A DNA stretch of 64,000 nt from Carcharhinus longimanus (taxonomy: Eukaryota): contig JASCQW010000032.1 in the NCBI GenBank assembly GCA_030264375.1, positions 3,278,610-3,342,609 on the forward strand, given 5' to 3'. Positions 12,743-25,534 of this stretch are shown here, piece after piece; within the stretch, counting starts at the first letter, position 1, and the number at the start of each line of letters is the position of its first letter. Position numbers and translations under genes: made by a program. The notes beneath the pieces are model-generated. The model was given only the letters and a program-made list of their open reading frames with translations, was not told where the DNA came from and did no database searches.

Positions 12743-14081
12743 CAAGACCTGTTAGTTTGTTCTCATTCTCAGGATGAAATGTATGGTGTGAAACCAATTT
12801 CAACGCTTAAGTTCCAAACTTGTTTTAGTGAATAATATATATTTGCATAAAATTAAAATGGGCAACGGTGACACCTGGAGAAATGATCAGATCTTATTTT
12901 CTAATTCTTCAAAGCTTAGCTAAGGAGACACGTTCATTGTTCCTCCTCATAGCTAGTTCCTAATTTCAGACTGAGGTTTAGAAGGGGCGCTTCTCTATAG
13001 CGAGGGAGGAAAGTCAAAGGATTGGCTTAATGCCATGTGTCCATGAGCAGCTGGTTCATGAGAAACATTTTCAGAAACCGTGGAGGGGAGGAAGGTCATC
13101 CAGTTACCATCTTTACAGGAGAATGAGGAGATTCAGAGAGGAGAAGAAAGGAGATTATATAAAGCTGAGCGGTGCAATGAAATGAAAAATCTCTTCAGCT
13201 CCAGAAGGATGCTTGAGAACATTTTGAGTGGGTGTTTTCATCAGTTGAGTGGGAGAGGGTTAAATATCAGCAGAAGCAGATCTGAGAGCTGCCTTGTAAT
13301 TCGATTGAAGTCAAATAGATTCAGTTGTTTGTGCCAAGGGTGGCTCATGGAAACTGCAGTCACCAGAGCATTAATTATGCAGGATCTCGAGTTTGTTTGC
13401 TGTATTTGTGATCTTGGATATATCTCTTTGAAGTCTGCACCTACAGTAAACCCTTACTATATCCCAAGTGTGTTTGCTCTTTCTGAAACCCTGCTAGATA
13501 TTATTTTTTAAAATGTTAAATTGTTGACACTAGTAATGCATAATACTTTCTGAATAAATTGCATTTTGTGACAATCGACATATGTGACTAATTTAAAGAA
13601 ATCCTTTGTTGTGTCACGGTCTACATATGGTAAAATTTTAAATCCAGTAATAATTAAGCCAGCTCAGAATTCAGTTTCAATTAATTCCCCACTCTTTATT
13701 TTTAAATCTTTGAATTATAAAGAAAGCAGTTAAAGGCGTTGTTGCCATCATTGTTTAAATAAAAATAATTTTCAAGACTTTGGATGGATACGTTTGAACA
13801 TGGAAAAAGCAACAGTAAAGAAAAGGGAATCTTTCAATACATATATTTGGTTTTTTATGTGGGTCAAGTTACTCTCATTTTATAACACGATTCTATTTCA
13901 GCCCAATTTGCACAAAAAAAATTTATAGTCAACAGATCTTTCCCTTACTGTCACATACAGACCTGTAATTTTGGCAGAAGGTTTCACACTGTGGAAATGC
14001 AAACTTCTAAAGCAGACTCCAAATGCATTTCCTAAGTTAATCCAGGGTTCAGCCTGAAGGGTCAGATATCTCTGATGACCT

Positions 14082-14209
14082 TGGGCGGGATTTTCCTGAC
14101 CGCGCTTGCCCCAAGACCGGAAAACCCGTCCGAGGTCAATGGACCTTTGCGTGGTCCACCCCTGCACGCTACGATTCCCCTGGCAGGTGGGACAGGAAAA
14201 TTCTGCCCA
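14082..14209. mobile_element. ~130-bp MITE, with related copies at about 14840-14980, 21030-21133, 32603-32724 and 45561-45689
   Basis: TIRs tgggcgggattttcc / ggaaaattctgccca. The internal motif ccgaggtcaatggacctttg is shared between copies. Confidence 0.65.
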
Positions 14210-16389
14210 TTGTACAGGATATTCTAGCCCCAGTTTTTCCAAAGCGTTGTCAAACCCGAGTCTCAATGTGGGCCAGAAAATTAGATGTATTCCAATTTCT
14301 GGGCACCCAATTTCCCAGGGGTGCTTTTTCACTGGTGGACACTGGCCTTATTTCTTTATTAAAATTGTGTTTCAAATAGTCCCTATGGAATTTTATGACT
14401 ATATAATTGGTAATTCAGTCATGGCCTGCTCACGCAGACTTCTTGTTGTTGATAGAAGTTGTTGTTTATTGCTGCAGTTTGAATGGGAAGTTGCTGTATC
14501 CTTTAGTTGGTTTTATTAGATAGTTACCACTTGATGTCCTTCGTTATTCTTGATTGCTGATGGTAGTTAAATCACGCGGTACAGTGAGGTAAAGATGGGT
14601 GTTTCAAACACTTTGATAGGCATCATCCACTGAATCCAGTGACATGGGGCTCACTATAACCATTCTCATTTAGCTAATGGCCCACGAGGTGTTGAGGAAG
14701 AAGATCCACTCCCTTCCATTCCTTTCTGCTCAGTGGGTATCGATGACGAGACTCGTGTTGGCACATGCACTTAGTGCTTTTGATAAACTTTCACCTCGTG
14801 AACTGCTGAAGCTGTGACGAATCTATGAAAGGAGCTCCAGGATGAAATTTTCCCAAAACGTGACAAAGGATGGGATTTACCAATGCTATAAAATCCTGCC
14901 CGAGAGAAACAGACCTTTGTATGAGCCGCTACCTCCACCCGCTATGATTCCCATGGTGGGCGGGCTGGGGGAAATTCCCCCAAAGTGTCATTTTGGGCAA
15001 GAAAACCATGAATCAGATCACAATTGCCCCGCATTTGGTCATTTTTGGGAGAGTGGTGAGTTTTAGAACGTAGAACATTACAGCGCAGGCCCTTCGGCCC
15101 TCGATGTTGCACTGACCAGTGGAACCAATCTAATGACCCTCTAACCTAAACTATTCCAAAGTTATCCATATGCCTATCCACTGACCATTTNNNNNNNNNN
15201 NNNNNNNNNNNNNNNNNNNNNNNNNNNNNNNNNNNNNNNNNNNNNNNNNNNNNNNNNNNNNNNNNNNNNNNNNNNNNNNNNNNNNNNNNNNNNNNNNNNN
15301 NNNNNNNNNNNNNNNNNNNNNNNNNNNNNNNNNNNNNNNNNNNNNNNNNNNNNNNNNNNNNNNNNNNNNNNNNNNNNNNNNNNNNNNTTTTCACATTAAC
15401 TTCATTGCAGTGTAAATGTAAGCCTATCTGTGACATTAGTAAAAAAAAACTTTTCAACTTTTAACCTTTTAAAAAAAACAGCAGGAAGCAAATTTGAATT
15501 GTGGTGGCACCGTTTCTCTCTGGTGTTCTGAAAGTTTGAATTTTATAACGAGTGGAAGAATGATGTTGCTAATTGGACATGGGTAAGCACTCTACTAAAA
15601 AGTAGTTGGCTTTGGTATTGTTGCTGCCTTCGGATGCCAATTAATTGAATAGTGATGAGGGTTTGGGTGCTCTAATGGAATTGCTTATTGGATGCCTACA
15701 AGAAAGATGAATTATGAGGCCTGGTCAAAAAGTTGATAGGCTTCGGAAAACAGATGGTAATTCCATAAATCCAGGAACTTTAACAAATTGCACAAAACGC
15801 TGACAGTTTATTTTGGGGATCCCTGCCTCAGTGCCAGGGTTTCCAATGCTAGAGTGTGCTCAGGTTTCTCATACGGACAGACAAACGTTTCTAATTGTTG
15901 TTCAGTTCTAAGAGAACAACAGTCGGCTGGATCGGATGTCTGCTGCCTTGGAAAAATTCCTGCAAAAAAGAGTCATTTATTTCAGCCTTCCTGCAACAAA
16001 TGAGGCATTAAGCTGTGACACAAAGAATTGAGGTCTTGATGGTAGCCAGTGTTGTGAATATCTGGTTTATGATACAGATGTTATAGAATATAACTTTGTA
16101 GTTTGGAGGTTAATGTGTTAATTGCAAGATAAATGGAAAATCCTGATTAAGAAACCTGAAGAAAACGCAATTCAAGAAAGAGTTGATTACACTTAAAATG
16201 TTGAGGCCACGTTAATTTAAGAGCTAGAAAGGCAAGATCATAAAATGGCAGCTAAAGAACTAGAGACATGACATTTGGAATTATTTGAGTAAGGGATAAA
16301 TTATTCATGCTATTTCCTAGAATTACAAAAAGACTTGGAATGGAAAAGTAGTTAATTTGCAATCTAGCTGGAAACGGGCCATGTATGTC

Positions 16390-16650
16390 AAATTGCAATG
16401 TATGGCAAATTGCGCGGAGGGTGTGGAGAGTCTGCAGAAGGATCTAGATAGGCTGGGCGAATGGGCCAGGAACTGGCANNNNNNNNNNNNNNNNNNNNNN
16501 NNNNNNNNNNNNNNNNNNNNNNNNNNNNNNNNNNNNNNNNNNNNNNNNNNNNNNNNNNNNNNNNNNNNNNNNNNNNNNCTTATTGAATGGCGGGGCAGGC
16601 TCGAAGGGCTAGATGGCCTACTCCTGCTCCTATTTCTTATGTTCTTATGT
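16390..16650 (+). mobile_element. CR1 LINE 3' part (gapped)
   Basis: LQKDLDRLGEWARNW followed by the tail ggcctactcctgctcctatttcttatgttcttatg. Confidence 0.8.
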
Positions 16651-18242
16651 CACATTGCCATGGAGGTGGGTGGAGCCTAGTGAGATTCTTTGATTTGAGT
16701 TGTCTCTGAATTCTGTATAGCCAGCAGGTAGAGAGAAGCAGCTCGAGAGACTGTCAGCTCTGGGTATTCTATAGCTTGTCTCTCCTTGGAAATTGGGAGA
16801 GAAAGCCAGACCCACACCTCCTGTTCTTTGTGATAGTCCTTCTGATGTAGAAGCTACTACAATTAAGCATTCAAATGCTTTGAATAGAGGGGAACTAACT
16901 GTTACCAAGATTGCATTAGGAGATGGCATTGATAGATCACTGAGATTAACAGATCTTCTGAGGCAAAGTTCGATTCAATTTTGATATACTATGAAATAGA
17001 AAATTGGAGGGAATGAAATGACTCTGAAAGCCAACATGTTGTGATGGTTATGGTACTTTTCAAACTTTTAAGGTTCATTTCTCAGGCTTAAATGGAATTA
17101 ATTATAAAATATCGGACTTAGAGTGGCCTTATAGAAGTAAACCAGGCATCCTATATCTCAAACCTCATGATAGTTCCTCATAAAGATCTTGAGGAACAGA
17201 ATGAGGTGGATTACAGACTGGATAGCGGTAATGCAAGTGATCACGACACACATGACAGGACTATCGCATGCTCAGAACAATATCCCACAGTGAGTGCATT
17301 GATGCTTTATGTTGCAGGGGCTGCAGTGAGAGTGGAAATGTAGCAATTGTTTGATGTACCAGGGTAAACCATGATAAGTTTAAATTGTAGATAACCATTC
17401 AGGATGATGGCCAAGGAACGTCCATCGACCAACAGAATGGGATGAAAGAGTTAAAATGCCACAGTACAAGTAATGATAGTGGGTCCCAAAGTGATTCTTA
17501 GGTCAGAGAAGATTCACAACTTACAAAAGAAACCTCAGAGTTCAAGAGGGAGATCTCGCAGCGGTAATTCCTACAGGCATAAAAAGTTGTGTTTATTACA
17601 ATGAAATAACTCAGAACGGTCACTTACTGGAACTAATATTAGAAGTCAGCCTGATCGTGAAGTTTTGGTGGCTGCCAATAAACTTGAAGTTAAACTTCAA
17701 CAAAAGAAGCAAAACAAAGGGTGCTAGATAATTGTAGAGAGATTGGAGTTCACTCTGTGGTACCAATCAAACGTCAACCAAACTCATCACCTTGGGGTAG
17801 GGTGGGGGGCGTGTTTTGTACTGGAAAGTTTCCCCATATGAATAGGATGTATAAGGGCTAAAGCAAGATTAGCAGCTAGGCATTTTGAAGAGTAACTGGA
17901 TGGTACAGATGTTAGAGTGGATTCCCCCACTGTTGGAAAAGTTATCTTAGCAATCAAACACAAAATATTATGAATGCTGGAAATCTGGAATGAAAACAGA
18001 AAATCTGGGATGCATTGATCTGGGAGCATCTGTGCTGAAAGGTTAATGATTCAGGTCTGTGATCATTCATCTTTTTGACTGCTTGGTCACATATTCATGA
18101 TCAGAAAATTGGTACAAAGTCTGCATTTTTGCAGAACAAACTTTTCCTTGAGAAGGTTTCCGAAACTGTCCAAAGAGACAGCAGGTGCAGAAGAAAAGCT
18201 ATGGAAACTAAATCAGTGTATCTATGGCTGGTCTGAAGGATG

Positions 18243-19224
18243 CTTAGGAAGAAGTATCAACACCAGGTTAAAGTCAAACTGGTTTATTTGGTAGCACAAG
18301 TCACAAGCTTTCGGAGCGCTGCTCCTTCGTCAGGTGAGTAGGAGTTCTGTTCACAAACAGGGCATATACAGGCACAAACTCAATTTACAAAATAATGGTT
18401 CGAATGCGAGACTTTACAGGTAATCAAGTCTTAAAGATACAGACAGTGTGAGTGGAGAGAGGGTTAAGCACAGGTTAGAGAGATGTATATTGTCTCCAGC
18501 CAGGACAGTTAGTGAGATTTTGCAAACCCAGGCAAGTCATAGGGATTACAGATAGTGTGACATGAACCCAAAATCCTGTAAGAAGTGGGGGTGTTGGGAT
18601 GGCAAGATGTTCGTCTTCATTGATGACATGTTGAAGGCTCTGGAGAAGACATGTTGAAGGCTCTGNNNNNNNNNNNNNNNNNNNNNNNNNNNNNNNNNNN
18701 NNNNNNNNNNNNNNNNNNNNNNNNNNNNNNNNNNNNNNNNNNNNNNNNNNNNNNNNNNNNNNNNNGTGTGGGGATGGCAAGATGTTCGTCTTCATTGATG
18801 ACATGTTGAAGGCTCTGGAGAAGACATGTTGAAGGCTCTGGAGAAGGCTCTGATGAAGCTTCTCCAAGGCGACCTTCACAACACAAACAACTTGCCTTCA
18901 AACAACCGCACAACCTCAAACAGATGATTGTCCGCAGCAAACCTACCCAACCTTCAGGAGAGCAGTAACCACAACACCACACAACCCTGCCACAGCAACC
19001 TCTGCAAGACTCACATTCCAACCATTATCTTGTAAATTGAGTTTGCTCTTTATATGCCCTGTTTGTGAACACAACTCCCACTCAGCTGATGAAGGACCAG
19101 AACTCTGAAAGCTAGTGGCTTGTGNNNNNNNNNNGTGCTACCAAATAAATCTGTTGGACTTTAACCTGGTGTTGTGCGACTTCTTACTGTTCTTGCCTCA
19201 GTCCAACACTGGCATCTCCACATC
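18243..19224. mobile_element. Penelope-like element with inverted pLTRs and a rearranged internal ORF fragment
   Basis: About 170-bp inverted arms (18255-18415 vs 19010-19190). Internal LQSLQHVINEDEHLAIPTPPLL (-) and LAFKQPHNLKQMIVRSK..TQPCHSNLCKT (+). Flanked by a ctgaaggatg direct repeat (18233-18242, 19225-19234). Confidence 0.82.
18301..18337 (-). ncRNA. Minimal type I hammerhead ribozyme motif, apparently intact
   Basis: Minus strand reads UCAC-CUGACGA-A-GGAGC-agc-GCUCC-GAAA-GC-UU-GUGA: complete core, stems I and II, palindromic stem III (AAGCUU). Confidence 0.75.
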
Positions 19225-20029
19225 CTGAAGGATGTGCTTTTTGGTGAGATATGCTTTGTTGAAACTCGACTGAAAAATAGATCTCTCAATGTTTTGTTGT
19301 TACCATCAGGTACTTCATGATGTGTGTTGATAATTTCTTATGGAGTATTAATGTGGAATTTGACACGCATCGAGGAAAATTTAAAATTGGGAATTAGGCT
19401 CATAGGCTCTTAAATGTTTTGGTTTAGAAAAGCTGAGTTTGGTACACTTCTAATCAACAATCGAATTTAGAGAATATTGCTTTTATTCCAGTTAAATTTG
19501 TAGGTCATCACAGAGGAATGATTTTATATCTAAAAAAGAGACCATTCTAGTTGTAAAGCTTGATTGGCTAGTTGATCTGGTTGTGCATTCAGATTAGACC
19601 AGAAACTCGTTTTGTTTGTTGCTGTTCAGTACTTTGGTGACATACCCCACAGCAGAGGATATTTTAAGCATAAACAAAAGATTACAAAACTTAAATCTCA
19701 AAAAATGTGTTCTCAAGTTCCCCTATTTAGGTGACCCAAAGAACATAATTATAAATCATGATGCTTCACATGTTAATCTTCCTGATGAGTATTTTAATAC
19801 AACTGGTTTCATTGGTATTTCTTCATGGTGAGGTTGAGAAATGCTGTCCGGTAGCTAAGAAAATCCAACAGGTTGTTAAAAGTACCCTGGCTACTGAAAC
19901 ACTGACTCTTGTGGAGACGTTGCATACAAAAGTTGTAGTGGTGGTCCTGAGAAATGATACGTAGATAAATGTTCATCATGGGGTAATGTACACTCTATGG
20001 AAAGAACACTATCACCTGCAAGTTCCCCT

Positions 20030-20255
20030 CTAAGATACACACCATCCTGATTTGGGCCTATATTGCTACCCTTTCACTGTTACTGGGTCAAAATCCTGGA
20101 ACTCCCTTCCTAACAGTACTCTGGGTGTAGCTACACCACATGGACTTCAGCAGTTCAACATGGTGGCCAACACACACCACCTCAGGGGCAATTAGGGATG
20201 ACCAGAATTTGCTAGCCAGTGTCACTCACATCCCATGGAAGAATTAAAAAAAAAC
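20030..20255 (+). mobile_element. 3' end of a CR1/L2-group LINE
   Basis: gggtcaaaatcctggaactcccttcctaacag (KSWNSLP) ... A-rich tail. A related reverse fragment lies at about 38640-38700. Confidence 0.6.
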
Positions 20256-20462
20256 CTCCAATTCCTTTCCATCACATAGCTGACCAGCAATTTCTCCCAC
20301 TCTTACCACCTACCACTGGTGTGTGTTGTTAGGATTTACCCGTTAGTACACAACCTGCTTGGTTGCGTTATGACCACACCTTCCTTGCCCATCAAGTGCT
20401 GGAGTGGGACTGAACCGAGAGCTCCTTGCCCCAAGGCAGGGGGTATACCCACTCTGTCTCAA
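20256..20462 (-). mobile_element. Old tRNA-derived SINE, with a second copy on + at about 43550-43830
   Basis: The two copies share ggttca(a)gtcccactccagca (B box) and aaatcct..aacaca...ggtag..ggt.agagtg.ggaga..ctggtca.c.atgtg.tggaaag.aattggag. Confidence 0.6.
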
Positions 20463-21871
20463 GATTACACCTCGCTTACCTACAAATAAACTCAACAGAG
20501 GCATTTCAGGAATGCAAATGTTATGTATTTCCAGTCCAATATATATCCATTCAGCACCACTTCCTATTTCCAGTCCATGCTGCCCAAATTCGTACGATGT
20601 CATAAACATAATTTTATCTTCAAACCTCCCATGTTGCATCCTGTCATGCATCTTTTGAAAAGATAAAGGTACAACACGTGGTGCATTTCCACAAGTAACT
20701 ACAGACAGTATGCAAATTCTTTTCACAGATACATCAGGGTTGTCTCCTGAAAGAATCCAGAATGAGGATACCTTCATTACCAAGCCACAAATTAAATCTA
20801 ATCCGAATTTAATTTTTTTTATTTGTCTGTGGATTCTTCTTTTAATTTTTCAAGATATCCAACGTTTTCACTTTTCTCCTGGCCTTTTATTTTAATTTGT
20901 ACTTCAGAGGGCAAGTGGGTTACATGCTCGCAGACCTCAGCTTGTTGGCCCTTGTCAATCAAGCCCTTAGGGTGCTGTCACTTCTTGTCTTTTTGCTTTG
21001 AGAATGTAATATTTTTCATAAAGCCTGCCATGGGAATCATCGTGGTTGAGAGGGAAAATTCAGTGAACCACTTAAAGGTCCTTGGGCAGCAATTTCCAGT
21101 CTTGGGGCGTGCATGACTGGAGAATCCCACCCATTGTTTTAATTATAATGGCTCAGAGCTTCCATTTCCTGAGGACCATATCCCAGAGCTACCCCAGAAC
21201 TTACGCTGGAGGACTACCCGTCCCCACCAAAAATCCCCACACAAGGACTACGTGACAACTGCCTAGAAGCTTAAACATCCGATAGGTAATTACCCTGCAC
21301 TGGGACCACCCAAAACTGAGATAGAAATTGAACACTTCAAATATTCCAACATTTTTAACTGAATTATTACCCAGGACAAGTTAGATGAATACCAGCCCCA
21401 CCACTGCTGCACACGCGCACACACACACTCAAAACCCAATTCTCACACATTTACCTTCTCCCTGGCTTCTCAAAGTGACTGGGACTTTTAAACTTGCTGC
21501 TTTACACAACTAGTACGTTGAGAAATGATTGTGGCTCCACTTCCCTCCCGCCCCCAATTACCCTATCCTGTCCTGGAAGAAATCTGGAGCTGCTGCGCTA
21601 CACACTTCTCACAAGCCTAGATCAGGAGTCCAAGTGAGAAATATATCGCCCCAGGGTGAGATGAGTAATAAAGAGCAAAGTGGCAATCTGATATGTTAGC
21701 CACTCTGTGGAAGTCCTGCCTGGTCCCATTGTACAATCCTAGAACTTTGATTCTTGACTTCATTTAATTATTTTAGAATCTATTTGGATTGTGTAACCCT
21801 CCATAGTTGATTGTTAAGGTCATCTTGTTAAGTATTTCTAGTTTGAGTTACTTATTGTTTTTTTTTTGCAG

Positions 21872-21970
21872 CTTCACAACAAATGTGTCTCACATATCAA
21901 ACCTGAATGTGATGGCGGCCAACTAAAAGACCACATATTACTACCCTCCTACATATGCCCTGTAGTCCTG
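21872..21970 (+). CDS. DGKG: DGK exon, end of the C1B domain ([33 protein letters not shown])
   Basis: T-rich tract and tgcag acceptor, gtaaga donor, 99 nt, phase 0-0. Continues the previous exon in frame and completes the C1 motif plus the DGK-specific extension. Confidence 0.93.
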
Positions 21971-24900
21971 GTAAGACATCCAACAATTTATTTTCTTGTG
22001 CAAATCCTGAGATTTTAAGTGTAATTTTGTATTTCTTTCCTCTAAATCTTTTAAACTTCCTCTGGTTTTTGAATTTCACTCTTAGCATTCTCAGAATGTT
22101 GACTTGAGAGAAAGATTCAAAAAAGAGTGGACCAATTCTTGATTCAGAAGGGAATAAAGGCATGCAGGTACATGCAAAAACGAGCAGTAGATAAAAAAAT
22201 ATTCTGTGAAAATATTGAAAAACAGAACACATTGATCTTTTTTTCATTTCTGTCTTTAGTACTTCAAGTATTGTTGGAGGTAAATGATTAAATTAGCTGT
22301 CATTTCTTTTAAATAGGTTCCCAAGCTCTTCAAGTGTGTATATTTTGAGTTCAAGCACAGGTTGGGTGTTGTGAATACATATGAGTTGTTTCCTTGCCAA
22401 AATATTACTCTTAAAGTATAAATACTGGGAGCAGCTTTGAATATTTGGAACATTTCCATTGGCCTGATTAAGCATGACATGAGTTTACAAATTAATCAAG
22501 TCTAGAGTGTTTTCATGACGAGATGCTCGAATAATAAATAAGGGGATTATGATCTGACGTACGAATTCAGCTCTTCTAATGGTTGGCTGAAGTGTAAGGA
22601 CCAAGCCGTGAGTAAAGTGTTTAGAAAATGGAAATGAAAAGGTGAAGACATTATGAAATGAATACCATTTGAACTTGCTTGTCAAGTACCTGTTTGGGAA
22701 CCGTAGGAATACAGAATTTCCTGGATTGTACTCCGGGAGGTCTAATTTTATGTTGTTTTCCGCCCCAATATTGATGACAGGAACTTGTGAAAAAATTTCA
22801 TGTGTGTTTAATTTCCCTACACCATAACATTTATAATAAGCAGAGATATGGGGTGGGGGGTGGATGGTTTCAGGCTCGCCACCTCCGATTGTGAATCACA
22901 ATGGCCCAGAGAATTGGGAGTGGGTGGAAAAGAGAATCCGCTGTGACCCTCCCGGGCTGCGCTGCCGTCCCCATTGGATTCCCATCCATAGCAGGCAGAA
23001 AGCTGATGCATATTCAAATCCACAAATTTAAATACAATTAGCGAGCTTGCAGCCTAAATCAAATGGCTCTTGCTATTCACTGCCCTCATCTCCCCAGCGG
23101 GATCTGCAGCGGGCAGCTTTTCGTACAGGTCCTTACAAGTGAGAACATTGCGTGTTGGACCCCGAGGATCAAGGAAACACCACCAGTCCCTCAGCAGTGA
23201 GAGACATCGTCCCCAATCCACACCACACAGGCATGAGTCCTATCCAATCCGACCCCCAACTCAGGCCTCCCCACCTCTCAGACCCCATGTTCCCCTCATT
23301 CAACCACCCTCAGGCCATGAGCCTTGGCCGTGTCGACAGTTCGCTGTCCATGGCACCCTGGCATTGATACCCTGGTGACTTGGATCCCAAGGGAGCTCAA
23401 GGAGGTAGTTCCAGAGCCATTTGCCCCACTGCTGCAGCCAAGCTGTAAATGAAAGGTTCTTCAAGGATCCTGGAGGTTGGGTAGGCTTAAGCTGGGGACA
23501 AGGGGTTGACCTCACCAGCCTCTGCCAGAATGAGGGTGCCATAGCCGGACTGTCCCTCCAAGCCCTGGCAGACCTGAAGAGTTCCTCGGCATGGCGATTT
23601 TCAGGCAGCCGTGTGGCCAACGTTTGCATTCCTGCCTGTCAGCTGTGAAAATTCCCAATTGGCCACATCACCTGGTCACCAAGCAGGATTTTAAATCATT
23701 GCAGCACTCCATTCTGCACAGAGATTTCCCTTTCTTCTTGTCAGAAGCTGCGGGTGAGAGCAGGCCCCCTTGAAGTCCTCTGACAAAGAGGAGATCTCAA
23801 TTTCACCTGGGGGAAGCTGCGGTGGCAGAAGGGGATGGTTCCAGTCTGCCCAGCTGTGCACTCAGCCCCAATGTACACACACCGCTTTGATTTGAAGTTA
23901 CTGAGGCTTCCCAGCAAGCTGAAATCATTGAAACCCTTTCCATTGCACCTGAAGCTGTTGATCTGTGACAAGGTCAATGTGTAGTGTCTTGTAAAAGATT
24001 CAGTTCTCAACTTAATAGATTTCTATCATCTTCCAGCCACCTGGGTTTATTTTGATTTCCCTTTGTGATTAAATCCAGTTCAATTGCCCCATTGATCCTA
24101 ACCACAATGTTGACAGAGTCTAATTCTGATTGACAGCCTGTGGTGTCATTATAAGTACAGGCAGCTGCCAGTTGATTGGGAAGAAGGATGCTGGGTGGAC
24201 ACCCTATAACATTCACGACTCCCTGCAATCAAGCTCGGGCCAAGAAGGGTAGTGGGGTGGCTTTCCATCCTGGTGACAAATAGAGGCACTTCAGATTGAA
24301 TACCAATGGTGTGCGGAGAAACATAGCATCCAGGGAAGCCACCCAGCAAATCCTGTGGCCCACAAGGGCAGTGTGTAGATGTCCCTCATTGACAGGCCCC
24401 GCGTCGCTTGGAGGGGAGGTGCCCACTGAAAGGGGTACCACTCCTTTGCGCATCTGGCAATCCCATCCCCATGACCTCCCGTACCTCATCTCTGTTGAGG
24501 GATCCGTCACCAATCCCCTCAGCAGGACCAAGTCTGGGGCTGACTGTGGCCATCACTCTGTGGGGCTGATAATCATGGCGTGCTGCAGGTCTCTAATTGG
24601 CTGGCAGCTTTCAGGGGTGGTATTGTTAAGACCAGGTAGGGAGGAGTGAACATGCTCCCTATGTTCAACCTCTTCAGTTAGTCACTACCAAGGCTGCAGT
24701 TTCTTTTTCACAAGAATAAACCATTATCTGAATAGAAATGTATTTAACTATGTAAGCTGCGAGCTATAAGAAGCCAATCAAACAAGGTTTTCCTGAGCCA
24801 AAGAAGGAACAACTTTACTAACCACAAAACCAGAAGACAAAAAATAATGTCACACCTGTGGGAATCAGAAATAAGGGAAATTAGAGTCCAGTTGGGCAAA

Positions 24901-25534
24901 AGGTTTTTTAATAGATGTATGGCTAAGTGTCCTTGGATTGTCCTTGATGCATAGATTTTAAACCTTGCAGACAATTTAGATTACTGATTTCAGTGATGCA
25001 GTCAGATTTAGAAAATGTTGCAATTATTGTGAAATCTCTGTTCGCTGGTAGATTTCCAGTAAAGACGGCTTCTGAACCAGTTAATACACTTGTTCCAAAA
25101 GAGAGAGCCCAGCTTTCAGCTGTTTCCTCTACTGAAACTTTCTGTCCTGTTATACTTCACCCATTGTGTATTTCCAAGAAGCTTCAGGTGGATCTGTCAG
25201 TGACCACCATTGTTTCAATATCTGGCACATTTGTATTTTCATGTCTCTTTCTTAGAGAGTAATGAGTTTCAATGGGTCTCTGAAGTGTAGGAAATGTCTG
25301 TCCCTCCACAATCACCCGAGGGTCTCTTGTTTGTTTTTCACCTTCAATTTGGAAGTGACCTTTTAAGTAGTTTGTACAGAATGCAGTACAGAATCAGTAT
25401 AAGTTGTCCAGTCAGTTTAAAGTTTGAAAATTATATTCCCAAAATTAAAGAGGCAGAACTTCACAACAATGTTTCCATCCTACTGAGGAGTTAACCAGTT
25501 GGGAAGGCTGGTTGACAAGAGTCCCCATCGTACT

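Larger units (their letters stand above)
16750..19995 (+). mobile_element. Ty1/Copia (GalEa-like) LTR retrotransposon pol remnant, INT C-terminus-RT-RNase H, with nested insertions
   Basis: Ordered motifs: PPVLCDSPSDVEATT..HSNAL (INT), KARLAARHFEE..RVDSPTVGK, KLWKLNQCIYG..LKD, FMMCVDNFLW, LIG.LIWLCIQIRPE (RT), HDASHVNLPD and KKIQQVVKSTLATETLTLVE (RNase H). Many stops and frameshifts. Confidence 0.8.

Noticed and set aside
13080-13511. 143-aa + strand ORF
   Set aside because: It has a non-ATG start, no recognisable motif and no fit to the DGK exon chain.
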